Below are positions 16,095-29,400 of a stretch of DNA of 64,000 nt, in pieces. A program made the translations under genes and the position numbers. The stretch's first letter is position 1. Each line of letters starts with the position of its first letter. Under the pieces are notes generated by a model, which searched no databases, was not told the DNA's origin, and worked only from the letters and a program-made list of their open reading frames with translations. The stretch comes from Vicugna vicugna (lineage: Eukaryota), in the NCBI GenBank assembly GCA_013265495.1, contig MU058337.1, positions 5,498,716-5,562,715 of the forward strand. Reading direction: 5' to 3'.

Positions 16095-17200
16095 TGAATC
16101 ACATTTTTGTAACATAGCATGAATGTTTAAAAAGCAGTTTGTGGATACTAAAGTATTTATGATCTCCATTTATGAAATACAAGTGCCAAAAATCTCTACA
16201 TATCAAAGGGCACCTGAATGTACAAGACAGCTTTTAAATGGCTCCTAAAATATTCCAACCAGACTATTGACAATGTTGTTTGATCTCTAATTAAAGACCA
16301 CCTCTCCCCAGAGTGTATGATCTGTTTCCTGAACTATAAGCTTTAAGATTCTCTGACTCATAAATCAATGAACATACACTGTGTTGGCAGAGACCGTGTT
16401 CACAGTGGGCATTTCTATTAGGTACTTACCTTTATGAAGGCTTTTCACTTGAGCTTCACACACAGAAGAGAAAAATCCAATCAATCACCAAACATTTATA
16501 CGTAACAGATTTTTTTTATCCTATTTCCCAGAACATCAACTGTGAAGCAAATCCATTGGCAGAGAAGAGGTCCCCAGAGAAATGAAACAGCCCAGCCTAT
16601 AGCAAGGCAGCCGTCAGAGCTGGCCCAGCGTAGCCCCGTCGGGTCCAGGCATCACGTCCGCCCTCCACGGGCCCTGACAGGTCACAGGCGGGCCCGCTCA
16701 CCCCCAGACCACCCTGGCCTTAGTGTGTGCGCAGCAGATCGGCCCGCTGCTGGCCTGACCTGCTCCAACCCAGGGCAAGGATTTCCCGCATCCACCCAAG
16801 TCTCCTGCCTCTTAAAACTTAAGAGGAAAGGGGCGATCCACATCGGCTTAGAGAAGAGCACAGAGCAAGATAAGAAGGGAAAAAAATATAAACCCACGTT
16901 AATGATCTAAAAAGTCTATTTAAAATGAAACACAAGGTAGCATCCAGGAACCTAACTATCCCCATTGTTATGCAAATGAAAGTGGGAGGGAAGGCAGCTC
17001 CTCTGCCGCTAAGCCCTCCTTTAAAGCAGTCTGATATCTAGCAGGGAAATTAGTTAAGAGTCATTATCAGGAAGCTCCTAGGATGGCACCAGGCAGGCAG
17101 GACCTCAGGAGAGAAGAGAAGAAAACGAGCTTGGAGTGGTGGGGGCAGTGGGGTGGGGGCTGATCTTCCCGTTCCTGAAAGAGCAGTCCTATTTCCATAG

Positions 17201-17521
<321 letters not shown>

Positions 17522-18243
17522 TGAGTCGGTGGAGGTGATGATTTGTATGGATACTGAAAAAAAGGGGAATTCCCTGAACTTAATGATCCTGTTGATTTTT
17601 ATCTAAAGAGTTAACATCCATCTGTATGGGTTTGAGTCCAGCAGCAGCACAAGACGTGGGAGCACATGATTTGTCTGACATTCTTCCTCCTCACCACGTC
17701 ATAGGAACTTGCAGTAAAATGAGCGAAAATGTTTGCAATGGGCCTTCAGTCTCAGGGAGTCAGACGCACTGAGGATTTGTCCTCCTTTAGCTGGGCATCA
17801 GAGGAGCATATGGAATTCGGGGAGGCTTGGCTGAAGGGCCTTCTGTGTACCAGGGCACAGCACTTTTCCTTTCCAGACTCAATCTGCACGTCCATAAAAA
17901 AAAAAAAGCACAGAGCCACCAGCGTCCTGGAGAGCTCGTGTGTGACAAGCAGCTGGCAGGGGTCCCGCCCTCAGTGGGGCCCAGTTTTGAATCAGCTGGA
18001 GCAGGTCCAGCGTTCTGGTGAGTAGTGACAGTCAGGGGCCGGCCACGACGCTGAAGCCTGAGGCTCCGAGGCCCAGGGGCCCTCTTGTTCCACAGCCCCA
18101 GTTTGGGGTGGATTTCATGTCGTTGACTCCCCAGCCAGTAGGAATCTGCTACTGATGACTTGTGAAGGGACAGTCAACACAGGGGGATGTGGAGGCTTCT
18201 GTGCTGGCTCTGCCTCCTGTCTGCCCCGAGGATGCTGGCACTG

Positions 18244-18309
18244 CCCTGCGTGTGAGGCTGGGATAAGAGCAGGATGGCCGGCGAGAAGGGGCTGGTGAGG
18301 CATGGAAGG
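18244..18309 (+). repeat. Direct repeat copy 1 (pairs with 19244-19309)
   Basis: 61/66 identical to copy 2 without gaps; core 18249-18301 is 52/53 identical. Confidence 0.95.
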
Positions 18310-18812
18310 TGATGCTGGTTTTAGGTAAAAAAGCCCAAGAGGGGACACTGAAGACACGTGAGGACCAAGGCGCTGATAGGAAGGGGGAGGTGATGGGGAG
18401 CCGGGGACTGGGTGAAATGCGTGGAGATCAGGCATTTCTCCTTGACTTTAGTCTTAATTGGTGTAAGTTGTGCTCTCCTCTGGGGCCCATCTCAGAGCTT
18501 CGTCCACTGAGAACTCTTCCAGAAGCTCTAAGTGCCGACCTCCAGGTTGGCAAGAGGATACTGTCCCCAAACCAGGCAGTTCCCGCCGCCCCACCTTCCT
18601 TTCTGGAAAACCGCCCTCCCGCGCTGGTACGCGGTGGAGGAGTCCGGGAGGGATGGGAAAGGCACTGCCCGGAGAGTCAGGCCTCTTCTTTCCACCAGGT
18701 GCAGTGGTGACCCTTTCACTTTGCTTGACTCTCCACTTTTCCTTTCCCCATCGTGGACATGATGGGTCCAGACTGTTTTTCCAGCTTATTTTCCTTTCTC
18801 AAAATGAAATGA

Positions 18813-19103
<291 letters not shown>

Positions 19104-19243
19104 TGAAGTTACTTACAGACAGTGAAACAATGAAAAATAGATTCCCCTCATCGGAGACCCTTCTCTCAAAATAACTGCTCTAAATAGAACGATGTAAGTC
19201 TGGGCATGAGGCAGTGGGGACATGGACAGAGGCGGTGGTCTGT

Positions 19244-19309
19244 CCCCACGTGTGAGGCTGGGATAAGAGAAGGATGGCCGGCGAGAAGGGGCTGGTGAGG
19301 CGGGGAAGG
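19244..19309 (+). repeat. Direct repeat copy 2 (pairs with 18244-18309)
   Basis: Offset from copy 1 is exactly 1000 bp. Confidence 0.95.
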
Positions 19310-19574
19310 ACAGACGACGGAGGGACAGACAGGAGAGGTGACCGAGGGGAGATGCTCAGTCCTTGGTATCACTTAAAAGGATAAAAGAAAGGATGTTGTC
19401 AAAGTGTCTTCAAAGGCCCACAGGCAACCTCAGTGCCAGCAATGGTGATAATTGAAGGGACATGGTATTGGGGGCGTACTGGGCTTGAAGAGGCACTGGG
19501 CAGGAAAAAGAGCATTTTAAGGGGGTGCCAACAGTGTACCAGGTGTCGTGCTATACATTCCCTTTTTTCTTTTC

Positions 19575-20298
19575 CCCATTTTAATTTTGTGTAAAAGTTG
19601 TATATATTTAAGGTGTAAAAGATGATGTTTTGATAAACATTTACATTGTGAAATGATTTCTGTAGTTGAGCTACTTAGCATATACATCACTTCTCAAAGC
19701 TACCATTATGCGTGCGTGTGTGTGCACGCGCACATGCGCACATGTGGTGGGAACACTTAAAATCTACTCTTTCAGCAAACTCCAAGTACACAGTTCAGTG
19801 TTACTACCCACTGTCACCACGCTAGGTTCTCAAGAACCTATTCATCCTTTGTAACTGAAGCTTTGTACCCTTGACCAACACCCACCCGTTTCTCCCACCT
19901 GCCCATCCATGGTAACTGCCATTCTACTCTCTGCTTCAATGAATTTGACTTTCTAGACTCCATGTATAACTGAGATCCTACAGGACTTTTCTTTCTGGGT
20001 CTGACTTATTTCACTAGGCATTACACCCTCCAGGTTCATCCATGTTGTCACAAATGGTAAAATTTCCTTCTTTCTTCAGGCTGAGTAGAATTCTGTTGTA
20101 TATACACCCAGGGTTCCTTATCCACTCATCTGTCGATGGACACTTAGGTTGTTTCCATATCTTGGCTATTGTAAATAACTCTGCCACGAACATGGGAGTG
20201 CAGGTCTCTCTTCAAGATAGCGATGTTACTGCCTTCTGATGTGTACCCAGATCCAGGGACTGCTGGATCACATGGTAGTTCTGCTATGCATTTTTTCA
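19575..20298 (-). mobile_element. L1MA9-like L1 3' end, inserted into a MIR
   Basis: 'ttgtatatatttaaggtgta...acacttaaaatctactctttcagcaaa...gatggacacttaggttgtttccatatcttggctattgt'; MIR-like sequence flanks both sides (~19535-19560 and ~20300-20482). Confidence 0.85.
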
Positions 20299-20881
20299 GG
20301 TCATCTCATTTAATCTATTTAATCTCTGTTAATTCTCAGAATAGTCCAATGAGGAAACTTGTATTCTCTTCATTTTGCCATTGAGGAAACTTGGATTCAG
20401 AGGTGTGAACTTGATGTTGGTTACATCTACAGGTCACAGAAATGGGACCCAAAACTGTGACTGTTAGAATCCCAAAGCCATGTCAACAAAGTCTCCATAC
20501 AAGCTGCGTTATCAGACGCATGAGTTGGCAAGATGAATACTGCCCTGAGCAAATTTGAAATCTGTCTATGAATCACTCCTTTCTCACCGATGCTACGCTT
20601 CAATCTACTTTTACCGAAAAAAAATTATTGACCTGCATCTTTCTTTCCCTCCTCTCTCTGCACCCCTCCCTCTCCCCTGAGTGTCTGTTACACTGTCCTT
20701 TCTTTTCCTTTGTTTTTTCCTTATAGTTGTACATACACACTAACACACACTGGTGCACACATATTTCTGTGACAATTTTATTTGCCCAAATTAGAACTTT
20801 TCGTGATTTTTTAGTTTTCGTAATTATCTCACAGTGCAAGGGGAAGCAGCATATTTTTTTCAAGTGGTGGTTTTTTTCTGA

Positions 20882-21274
<393 letters not shown>

Positions 21275-22716
21275 ATGGAAAACTGACTTCCGATAGGTTC
21301 TTTCAGCAATCCATAACTGATGTATCATTTAATTCCAGCTGGTCACTGAGTGTTTTAAATGATTTTTGTCCTCCCATAGGAAGGCATTAAACTTGGCCCA
21401 TCAAAGCTGTGTAAGTGATGGGTTATTCCCAGTGTTCCAGAGAAGCTGCACACTGGCACTGTTTGTAATATTAGAAGCTATAACACCAGATGAAGATCAT
21501 TCAAAATTTCATATATTCTGTCTCCGTGAACTAAGATGTGTATTCACGTATGCTGTTATGCATTGTTGCCATCCCCTGAAAGAGCGCTTAAGCCCAAAGT
21601 GGCTGATCTGTATGGTGCAGGAGCTGTAGCTTTAGTTCATGTTTTCCTCACTTCCTCTAGAAATACTTCTCTTGGGAGAGCTTATTATTTATGACTGATC
21701 TGGAAAGGTCAGCCCTGAGCTCATGCTAAAATGATAATGGTTTTACAAACTACAGATTCTGAATTTTAAAAAGCATATCCTGTTTCTCATGTTATTTTTT
21801 AAAATGTGCACAAGCTATTTTGAGATCAGAACGAGTCAATTTCTGTCCTCAGTCACTCTGATGGAAGTGTTGCCTGTTTCCAGGAAAATGGTGTGTGTAG
21901 GTTGCAAGCAAAGAAACGGGCCCAAAGAGCTGACTGGCTTAAAAGAAACCTGGACGTCGAACACTTGAGGGGCATGGTTACATAAAGACGTTGAGCTTCT
22001 TACAAAGCCTTTTAATAACCGAGTTTAGCGAAAAAGAGTAAAACTACATGATTCAGCTCACTTTAAAAAAATCTTTGCACGTGTGGCGTTATCATTGGCT
22101 TCATTTCTTACCCAAGGCAGGTCTGCTTTGCCGTAAGTCAGCAAAGACATGTAAGTTGGCCCCCATTCAGATGTTCAGTTCAGAATGGTGGCCCTGCTGC
22201 CATGCTCGTCTATGGAAATAATGGTTCTCTCCAGAATCTCACTCTCAACTCCCAGTTTAGGTGTCTCACAACTCAGCTGTGTTTGCTTCACACATCAGTG
22301 GCCCACCTCCTCTGGGAAGGTTGAAATGCGAAGCGGTCGGAGTGCCGTTGGCTCTCTTGTGCTGGGTCAACCAGGTAGAAGTGCGTTTGGGCCTCTGTAC
22401 TGTTCTTGGTTGGAGATTTGCTTCTGGAGTGATGATCTCAGAATCCGTTGACGCCACCCCCCAAGTTGCTTTATGATCTCTTTTTCTCTACTTAACGTTC
22501 TTAGACTAGCCAAATATCACATTCCTCCTGTATAACAAATGTGACATTGTGGCGACAGTCTATATAGTGTTTGTATGATTAATCGTGACAGTAAGATAAT
22601 GGGCAATTAAAGTCAGTGCAGCCGAAAGGCTTTTATTTGGTTTTATGTTCATTTTGGACTTTATTTTTTGTACATAAGAAAATAAAATAAATATTTGTAA
22701 AAGAATTTTCTTTGCA
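21275..22716 (+). other. NALCN: NALCN 3' UTR (~1.4 kb)
   Basis: Sequence with no recognisable repeat from the stop codon to a strong poly(A) signal; the 3' end is inferred. Confidence 0.75.
22681..22691 (+). terminator. Polyadenylation signal (two overlapping AATAAA)
   Basis: AATAAAATAAA with U-rich sequence and TGTA upstream and a GT-rich element (ttttgtcgtgtgtggg, ~22738-22753) downstream. Confidence 0.8.
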
Positions 22717-23922
22717 TCAGTGATCACTTCTAAACCCTTTTGTCGTGTGTGGGTTCGGGGGATGGGAGGGGGGTTTGGTGGTGGGGCCACCAAGGAGCTG
22801 GCATTTTGCAAACTCTGTATTTGAATATTCCATCCATAATTAGTTGGCAAAAGCTGTGTCCCCGATATTCATTGCAGCTCAGTTCCTAAGCCAGAATGTT
22901 CACGTTAGTGCTCGTACGGCCTAGTGAATGTCCTGTGCCTTCCAGACTCACAAGCAGCAGAAAAGGCTCTCACTCGGCCAGGGCATGGTCTGTCCTAGTG
23001 CTGCGCGGGAACGAGATGTTTTTCCTTTGGGCTCATCACACGTGAGTAATACAGCTTCATTCTCACAAAACTGCTGAGCCCGTCCTAAAACGTCTATAAT
23101 TGACGTTCAGCAGAACACCACTGTTGTTCATTCCGCAGTGAAGCAAGGGGCAGAACAGCAATGCACTTAGAGCCACAGGGCCCCGCGTCTGCAGTGAAGT
23201 GGAACAGCCGCACCTCTCCTGTGGGACCCGTCTGCACGCTCCTCCTGAAGCCAGGAGGGCAGCCGGCAAGAAGATATGTGCCCCTCCCCCTTCTGGATTT
23301 TTCATCAACATATAAACAGGCCGGCTATGCAGATGGGGGAACTTCAGCCACAATGTCCCCTGGTCCTTAGGGAGGCCAGACACTGATGCTAATCCTGTCA
23401 TCAAGCCACCCACTGCCTGTAATTAAAGGGCGCTGTGGGTGCTGAGGGCACCAGAGAGCACAAGGGATAGAATAACTTGACACAGAGCCCCCGGGGGAGC
23501 AGACCACACGTGCATTGCACAGATGGCAGTTCACGGGGACTCAAAGGGAACAGGGATGGAGGGAATGGCCAGAAGGGGCTATTCACTCTCTTCTCAGTGG
23601 TGGTTCCGCGCTACAGCCGTCAGTGGGGACGGGCTGTTTGTGCCCTGCCCCAGCTGAGGAAGACAGGGGATGTAGAAGAGAAACTGGGCTTGTAAAGCCT
23701 TAAGAAAAAGCAGTTTCTAAGCCAGCTGAATGATGGCCCATTTCTTTGCAGGAAGTGGCATATACCATAGGTAGGTGGTTTTCAGTGCACTGCGTAGCAG
23801 TGGCACTCTCTCTCAAAATCTTTCCAAGGATTCCAAAATATTCACCAGGCGAAAGCTATGGAATCCCAGGTTGAAATTCTGGTGGAGGTGAGAACCCCAC
23901 TCACATGGCCACATCTCACTCC

Positions 23923-24365
23923 TGTTTTGGACTGAGTTGCATCCTCCTGCCCCAAAAAGACGTGTTGGAATCCTAACCCCTGGTACCTGTGACCTTGGAG
24001 GGAATAGCGTCTTCGCAGATGTGATGAGTTAAGTAATAGTGAGGTTATATCAGAGCTGGGAGGGGGTGCTTAATAGGACCAGTGTCCTTATAAGAAGACG
24101 AGAGAGACACAGGAGAAAGTCACAGACTCGGAGGGAAGTCAGCCGTGTGAAGACAGAGGCAGAGACTGGAGTGATGCAGCCACCAGCAAGGAACGCCTGT
24201 GGCAAAGAGACATCGCAAGAAGCAAGGAAGTCTCTTCCCCTCGAGGCACCAGGGGAAGCCTGGCCCTGCCAACTCCTTGAGTTCAGAGCCGAAACTGTGA
24301 GCTAATCCATTTCTGTTGTTTTAAGCCATCCAGTTTGTAGTATTTTGATACAGTAACTCACAAAC
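23923..24365 (+). mobile_element. MLT1C-like MaLR solo LTR
   Basis: 'gtgtccttataagaag', 'gtgaagacagaggcagagactggagtgatgcagcca', 'tttctgttgttttaagccatccagtttgt'. Confidence 0.85.
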
Positions 24366-25044
24366 CCACTCCAGCCCCCAAAGATGGCCTGAACCATCCT
24401 AGTGTTTCAAAGAGGTGAGCCCGTTCACGTCATGGCCTGAGATGGGCTTAGTCTCAGCTGATGAGCCACGGACCCCAAACCATGAACTAGCTGTCTAACC
24501 TCCTAACCAGAATCCCCAGTTGACCAGTTGTCAGGCAGGCCACTTTTCTGTCCACCTTAGCAGGTGTCCAACTTGAAGCAGGCCTGGGTCCAGTGGGAGG
24601 GAAAAGATCTGACATTAAATCAAATTCATGTTGAACCATTCCAGTTCCTGGATCGAGACTGTGTTTGCTACCTACGGCGATCACTGAGCATCTCTAACAC
24701 CTACGGGCGAGCAGAAGAGTTGTGGGCTGAAGGGGTTCATATCTGGGACCAAAGAGAGGTTACTGAATAAATTTAAAAGTGAATGTAGAAAACGAAAAGT
24801 AAAGCGTGTTTTAACTATGGCAAGAGTTCGGCTTGTTTAGTACGTCAGTTACACGTGCTGAACTGAAGGTGTATGTGAGACTCCGAGGGGAGAATGCAGA
24901 TTCAGTGGTTGAATAGGTCAGGCTGGGTTAACAGAGGGGGTCGCATTTGGGGCCATCAGCACAGAGATGGTACCTAACGCCGTGACCCTGATGGATGAGG
25001 CTGTCTAAGGAGTGAATGTAGACAACAGGGGGGGTCTGAGGGTC

Positions 25045-25417
25045 TCTTTTAGTTTGCTGGAGCTGCCAAAACAAGGCACCACAGACTAGGGCACTCACAC
25101 GATAGAAATGCATTTCCTCACGGGTCTGAAGGCCGGAAGTCCAAGATCCAGGTGTCAGCAGAGGCGGTTTCCTCTGAGGCCTCTCCTGGCTGCTTCTCCC
25201 CGTGTCCTCCCGTGGTCTTCCCTGTGTGTGTCTGTGTCTTCATCTCCTCTTCTTATAAGGACGCCTGTCTTACTGGATTTAGACCCACTCTAATGACCTC
25301 ATTTTAGCTTAGCCACCTCTTTAAAAGCCCTGTCTCCAAACACAGTCACATTCTGGGGTACTCAGTGTTAGGACTTCAACATATGAGTCTCAGGGGCACA
25401 CAGTCCAGCCCATAACA
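25045..25417 (-). mobile_element. MLT1B-like MaLR solo LTR with 5-bp TSD GGGTC
   Basis: Full-length MLT1 motifs ending 'cagcccataaca'; GGGTC at 25040-25044 and 25418-25422. Confidence 0.88.
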
Positions 25418-25754
25418 GGGTCTGTCTCCCTGGCAGGGGTGTACATTAGAATTGCTTTTTGGGGACAAAAAGTGAGCCTGGAGCCTGCCTGAACCCTAAC
25501 CATGACACTCATCTCTGTGTTTTCTCACTTCCTAGAAGCCTAAAAACCCAAGATTCATGTTCCCAGAATTAACAGAGGTCCACTTTTCTGAGTCAGTTTG
25601 TGGAAGGAGACAGCCACCAAAAACACTGGGACCTGAAATGCCTGTGTGCAGCTTGGAAACTCACAGCTAGAAACGTTCTTCCCCACTCAGCTGACTTCAG
25701 CAACTTACTCTCTCGTGTGCTATCAGTGCCGCACTACTAACTCCAAAAAGTACA

Positions 25755-26472
25755 TCTAGACCTCACCCTCACTAGGATGCCCACTGTCAAAACACAAAAC
25801 AAGAAAATAGCAAGTACTGGTAGGATATGGAGAGGCCGGACCCTTGTGCACTGTTGGTGAGAATGTGAAGTGGTGCAGCCTCTATAGAGAGCAGCAGTTC
25901 CTCCAAAAATTAAAAATAGAATTATCAAGACTTAACAATTAAAACCAGCATGACCGCTTCCAGGTACGTATCCAAAATAATCAAATGCAGGGTCTCAGGT
26001 ATTTTTTACAGCCCTGTTTATAGCAGCACTGTTCACAATAGGCAAAGGTGGAAGCAACCCAAATGTCCACTGATGGATGGATAAATCAAATGCACATGTA
26101 CATGGTGAAATATTATTCAGCCTTAAAAAGGAAGGAAATTTTGATACATGTAACAACATGGATAAACCCTGAGGACATTATGCTAAGTGAAATGAGCCTG
26201 TAACCAAAAGACAAACACTGTACGATTCCACTTACACGAGGTTATCAAGAGATGCAAAATTCATAGAAACAGAAAGCAGAGTGGTGGTTTCCAGGGGCTC
26301 GGGGAGGGGCAGTTGTTCAGTGGGTGCAGAGTTTCAGTTTTGCAGAATGAAAATGTCCTGAAGACTGCTTGCACAGCAATGTGAACATACTTAACACTGC
26401 CGAACTGTACACTTGAAATGATTAAAATAGTAAATTGGACGTTAAATGCCTTTTATCAAAATTAAATTTTTT
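25755..26472 (+). mobile_element. L1MB-like L1 3' end
   Basis: 'ggaagcaacccaaatgtccactgatgga...tattattcagccttaaaaaggaaggaaat...gaggacattatgctaagtgaaat'. Confidence 0.85.
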
Positions 26473-29400
26473 TTCATTCTTAATACACCCTGTCATCTGA
26501 TCCCAAAAGCTAGTGGCCAAATTGAAATAGCAAAACAATTCCAAAGCCACACTTAGATCATGCTTCCACATCTGTTTGCTTTCTGTCTTTGACCAGGATA
26601 CCTTGTTTAAATTCAGTAGTTTCTTATCTTCCTCAATGCTGTATGTCACTCATTTAAAATTTAAAAATCTTAAAAACCTCCCTGTAGTATTCCTAGTAAG
26701 CATTCAAATCCCGTTTGCACGTGCAGAGGCCTGGCATCACCGCGCACTGAATTAATGTGTTTATTTGTTGTGACCGTGCCAACCCTAACGTTAAACACAA
26801 GGCTACGTGCGCCAAAGGGCTTGAGAAACCCATCAGGCCCCACAGGTGTGTACAGCCTCGGCCTCCTCTGTCTTAGTCGGTCCGAGGAGCCTTAGGACAG
26901 TTGTCTTGGGATTCGACTCCAGGCACCGCCTTTTCTTTCAGAGTCTGCACTTCCCCTTAGAAACATCGTGGAGAGCCCTACCCAGGAAACTCTGAAAGCA
27001 CAACAACAGAACAGTCAACTAGGGACCATCAGGCCGGCGGCGGGTCGATGACATGCCCCGCGTAGCCTGGGGAGAGCCGTCACAGTGGACTCGGCTCTCT
27101 CCTCTGGGACCGGGGGACACTCCGCAGTGGGCTCTCCCAGGTACGGAGGACAGAAAGGCCTCCTCTCTTGTCTGAGCCAAGAGTAAAGACAGCAGAAAGG
27201 AGTCCGAACTCTCTTGATGCCTTTCGTGGGACTCACAGACTCGGTTCCCCAAATCATCCCTTCCTGACCTCTGTACAGGGCTCCAAGCAGCCCCGCTCCA
27301 GGGACCCGCCCTTGCCTCCATCACGCCTCTCACTCCGCCGTGGCCATCAGCGGCTACAGAGGACGCCACATTTCTGTCTTCTACCAACTGAACTTCATAG
27401 TCAAACCCATGGAGAATTTCGAATCGGGTGTTGTAGTCAATCCATTGACTCCTTTTTCAGGGCAATGAAAAGGGGCCTTGCTGAGGGCCGGATCAAGAGA
27501 TAATTGGGAATTTTGCAAAGCCCTAACAAGCACAGCCTGAAGGTCCTGGCTGTGTTCTCACCTCCCCAGCCACCTCATGCCAACATGTCACACCTCCAGC
27601 CCTGTTTGTCTCATCCAGGGGTCTCCCAGCCCAGGCAGGGTCTTCATGCCCCTCTGCAATTGCCTCACACCCTGGGCTAACTGTTAATTAGATGCCTCAT
27701 TTCTTGGCGTGTGTAGGGCTTTGAGCCATCTGCTTATTGATCACGTCCTGCAGAATATATTGGGTTTTAAGGAATCTGGCCACAAAAGCAGGTAATGTTG
27801 CACCTGGCTCATTGAGAAGGTTTCTCCAGAGCCAGCTTGAGGGAGTGCAGTGTGGGGTGACCTGTAGCCACATGTGCGAATCAAGAAGCTGCAGAAACAT
27901 TGGCTGCCAAGTTCATAGATTATTATCATTACAAGGCAACATGACAATGAAATTCAGGACTTCCACGTGAAATCCTCTCACTATATACTTGGTGTTGCAG
28001 AAAAGACAAGTGTATGAAGTGGACCAACAAGTACACAGTTACAGAGACCACTACCCAAGTATTAGAGAGCCCACTGCCTGCTTTTTAGGCAGCCTTGAAC
28101 TTGCCTCTCCAGCCCTGATCCCGTGTCTGAATCCTCCACGAGACCACGAAGCCTTGAGGGCAAGACTGGCTGACCTGTCCATCTCTGTAGCTCCAGCAGC
28201 TCTACACAGCACGTTGGCGCGTGTGTGGTTCTCAGGACTGCTCTTTAAGTCAAACACAATAGGATTGCTTTGGATTTTTTTTTAACTCACTTCCAAATAA
28301 GAAAGTCCGATATCCCTGGTGTTCATCCTACACAAAACATCAGCCACAGGGAAGAGTTCTCATTTTTCCATCCTGAATTCCTGTTCCCTTCCTCCCTTTA
28401 CCTCACTTCTTTGTGGTGCACGGACAGCTTGTTCTTGGGTTAAGGGCAGACACCAGGGGAAGCAAAGCAACACAAATCTAGAGCACGAGAGGTTTGAGAC
28501 GGCTCTTCTGTTCTTGCAAAAGAGCTTTATTCCAGAGACTCCTATTGGGTGCACTGTGGCCGGAACACAGAGAGGGGGCCGTGCGAACCAAGCCTGCGAC
28601 AAGCAAAGCCTGGGGTCGGGGCCACACGATTCAGCCACCCACCCCGGCAGGTGTGACAGACCACGTGGGTGACCAAGGCTGGGGATGGGAGGACACCTGT
28701 GATCCTTAGCCTGTGACCCGTCAGTTAGAAGCCAAATCCTGACTTAGGTAAGGAGGCGGGGTAAGGTGGGATGCGTGGACGGGGTGGTTAGAGCTGAGCA
28801 GGAAATGTCTTTCCCTGAGCTCAGTCTTAGGAAGCACTTTCCACATCCCCATTTGGCTCGGGCTTAGAGTCGGGTGAAGTTCAGGGGTCTGCAGGAAGGA
28901 GAGAAGGCTGATCAAAGTCTGACCCCGTCAAGTCAGCAGATATTTCGTCTCAGCCAGTCAAACGGTCAGCTCATCATGTATGAGGCGAAAAACAGGACCG
29001 GGAGGGTCGGTGTCTGGCCTGGTCGTGGGGACACCAGGGGCACCCTATCCAACTCGTGGGGGAAGGATGTTCTCTGAGTAAGCGGTTTTCTGGAGCACAG
29101 GGCAGGCTTCCCACAAGTGACTTCACCTCCCAGGGCTTCTCTTTTCTTTTCTGTGAAAACAGATTAGAATGACACCTGCCTTACCTGCCTCTCACTGAGC
29201 CTGGGGGAGTCCCAGGCAATGTGGGCGTGTCCTACGGCCTGTAAAGTACATGTGGAAAAGCCGCTATTGTCAGCTCTGATGACAGATGCTCAGCTCTGTG
29301 TTCACAGCGGGTTTCAGAGATCACCCTCACTGTCACCGATGGGCAGGATTTTCCCCCTGAGCCCATTCGCAGTCTTTAAATTGTAGAATCTCACAGAAGG

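Noticed and set aside
24457..24490. CTGATGA as a hammerhead ribozyme core or snoRNA C box
   Set aside because: No paired stem II followed by GAAA and no terminal stem with a D box. The other CTGATGA occurrences I checked failed in the same way.
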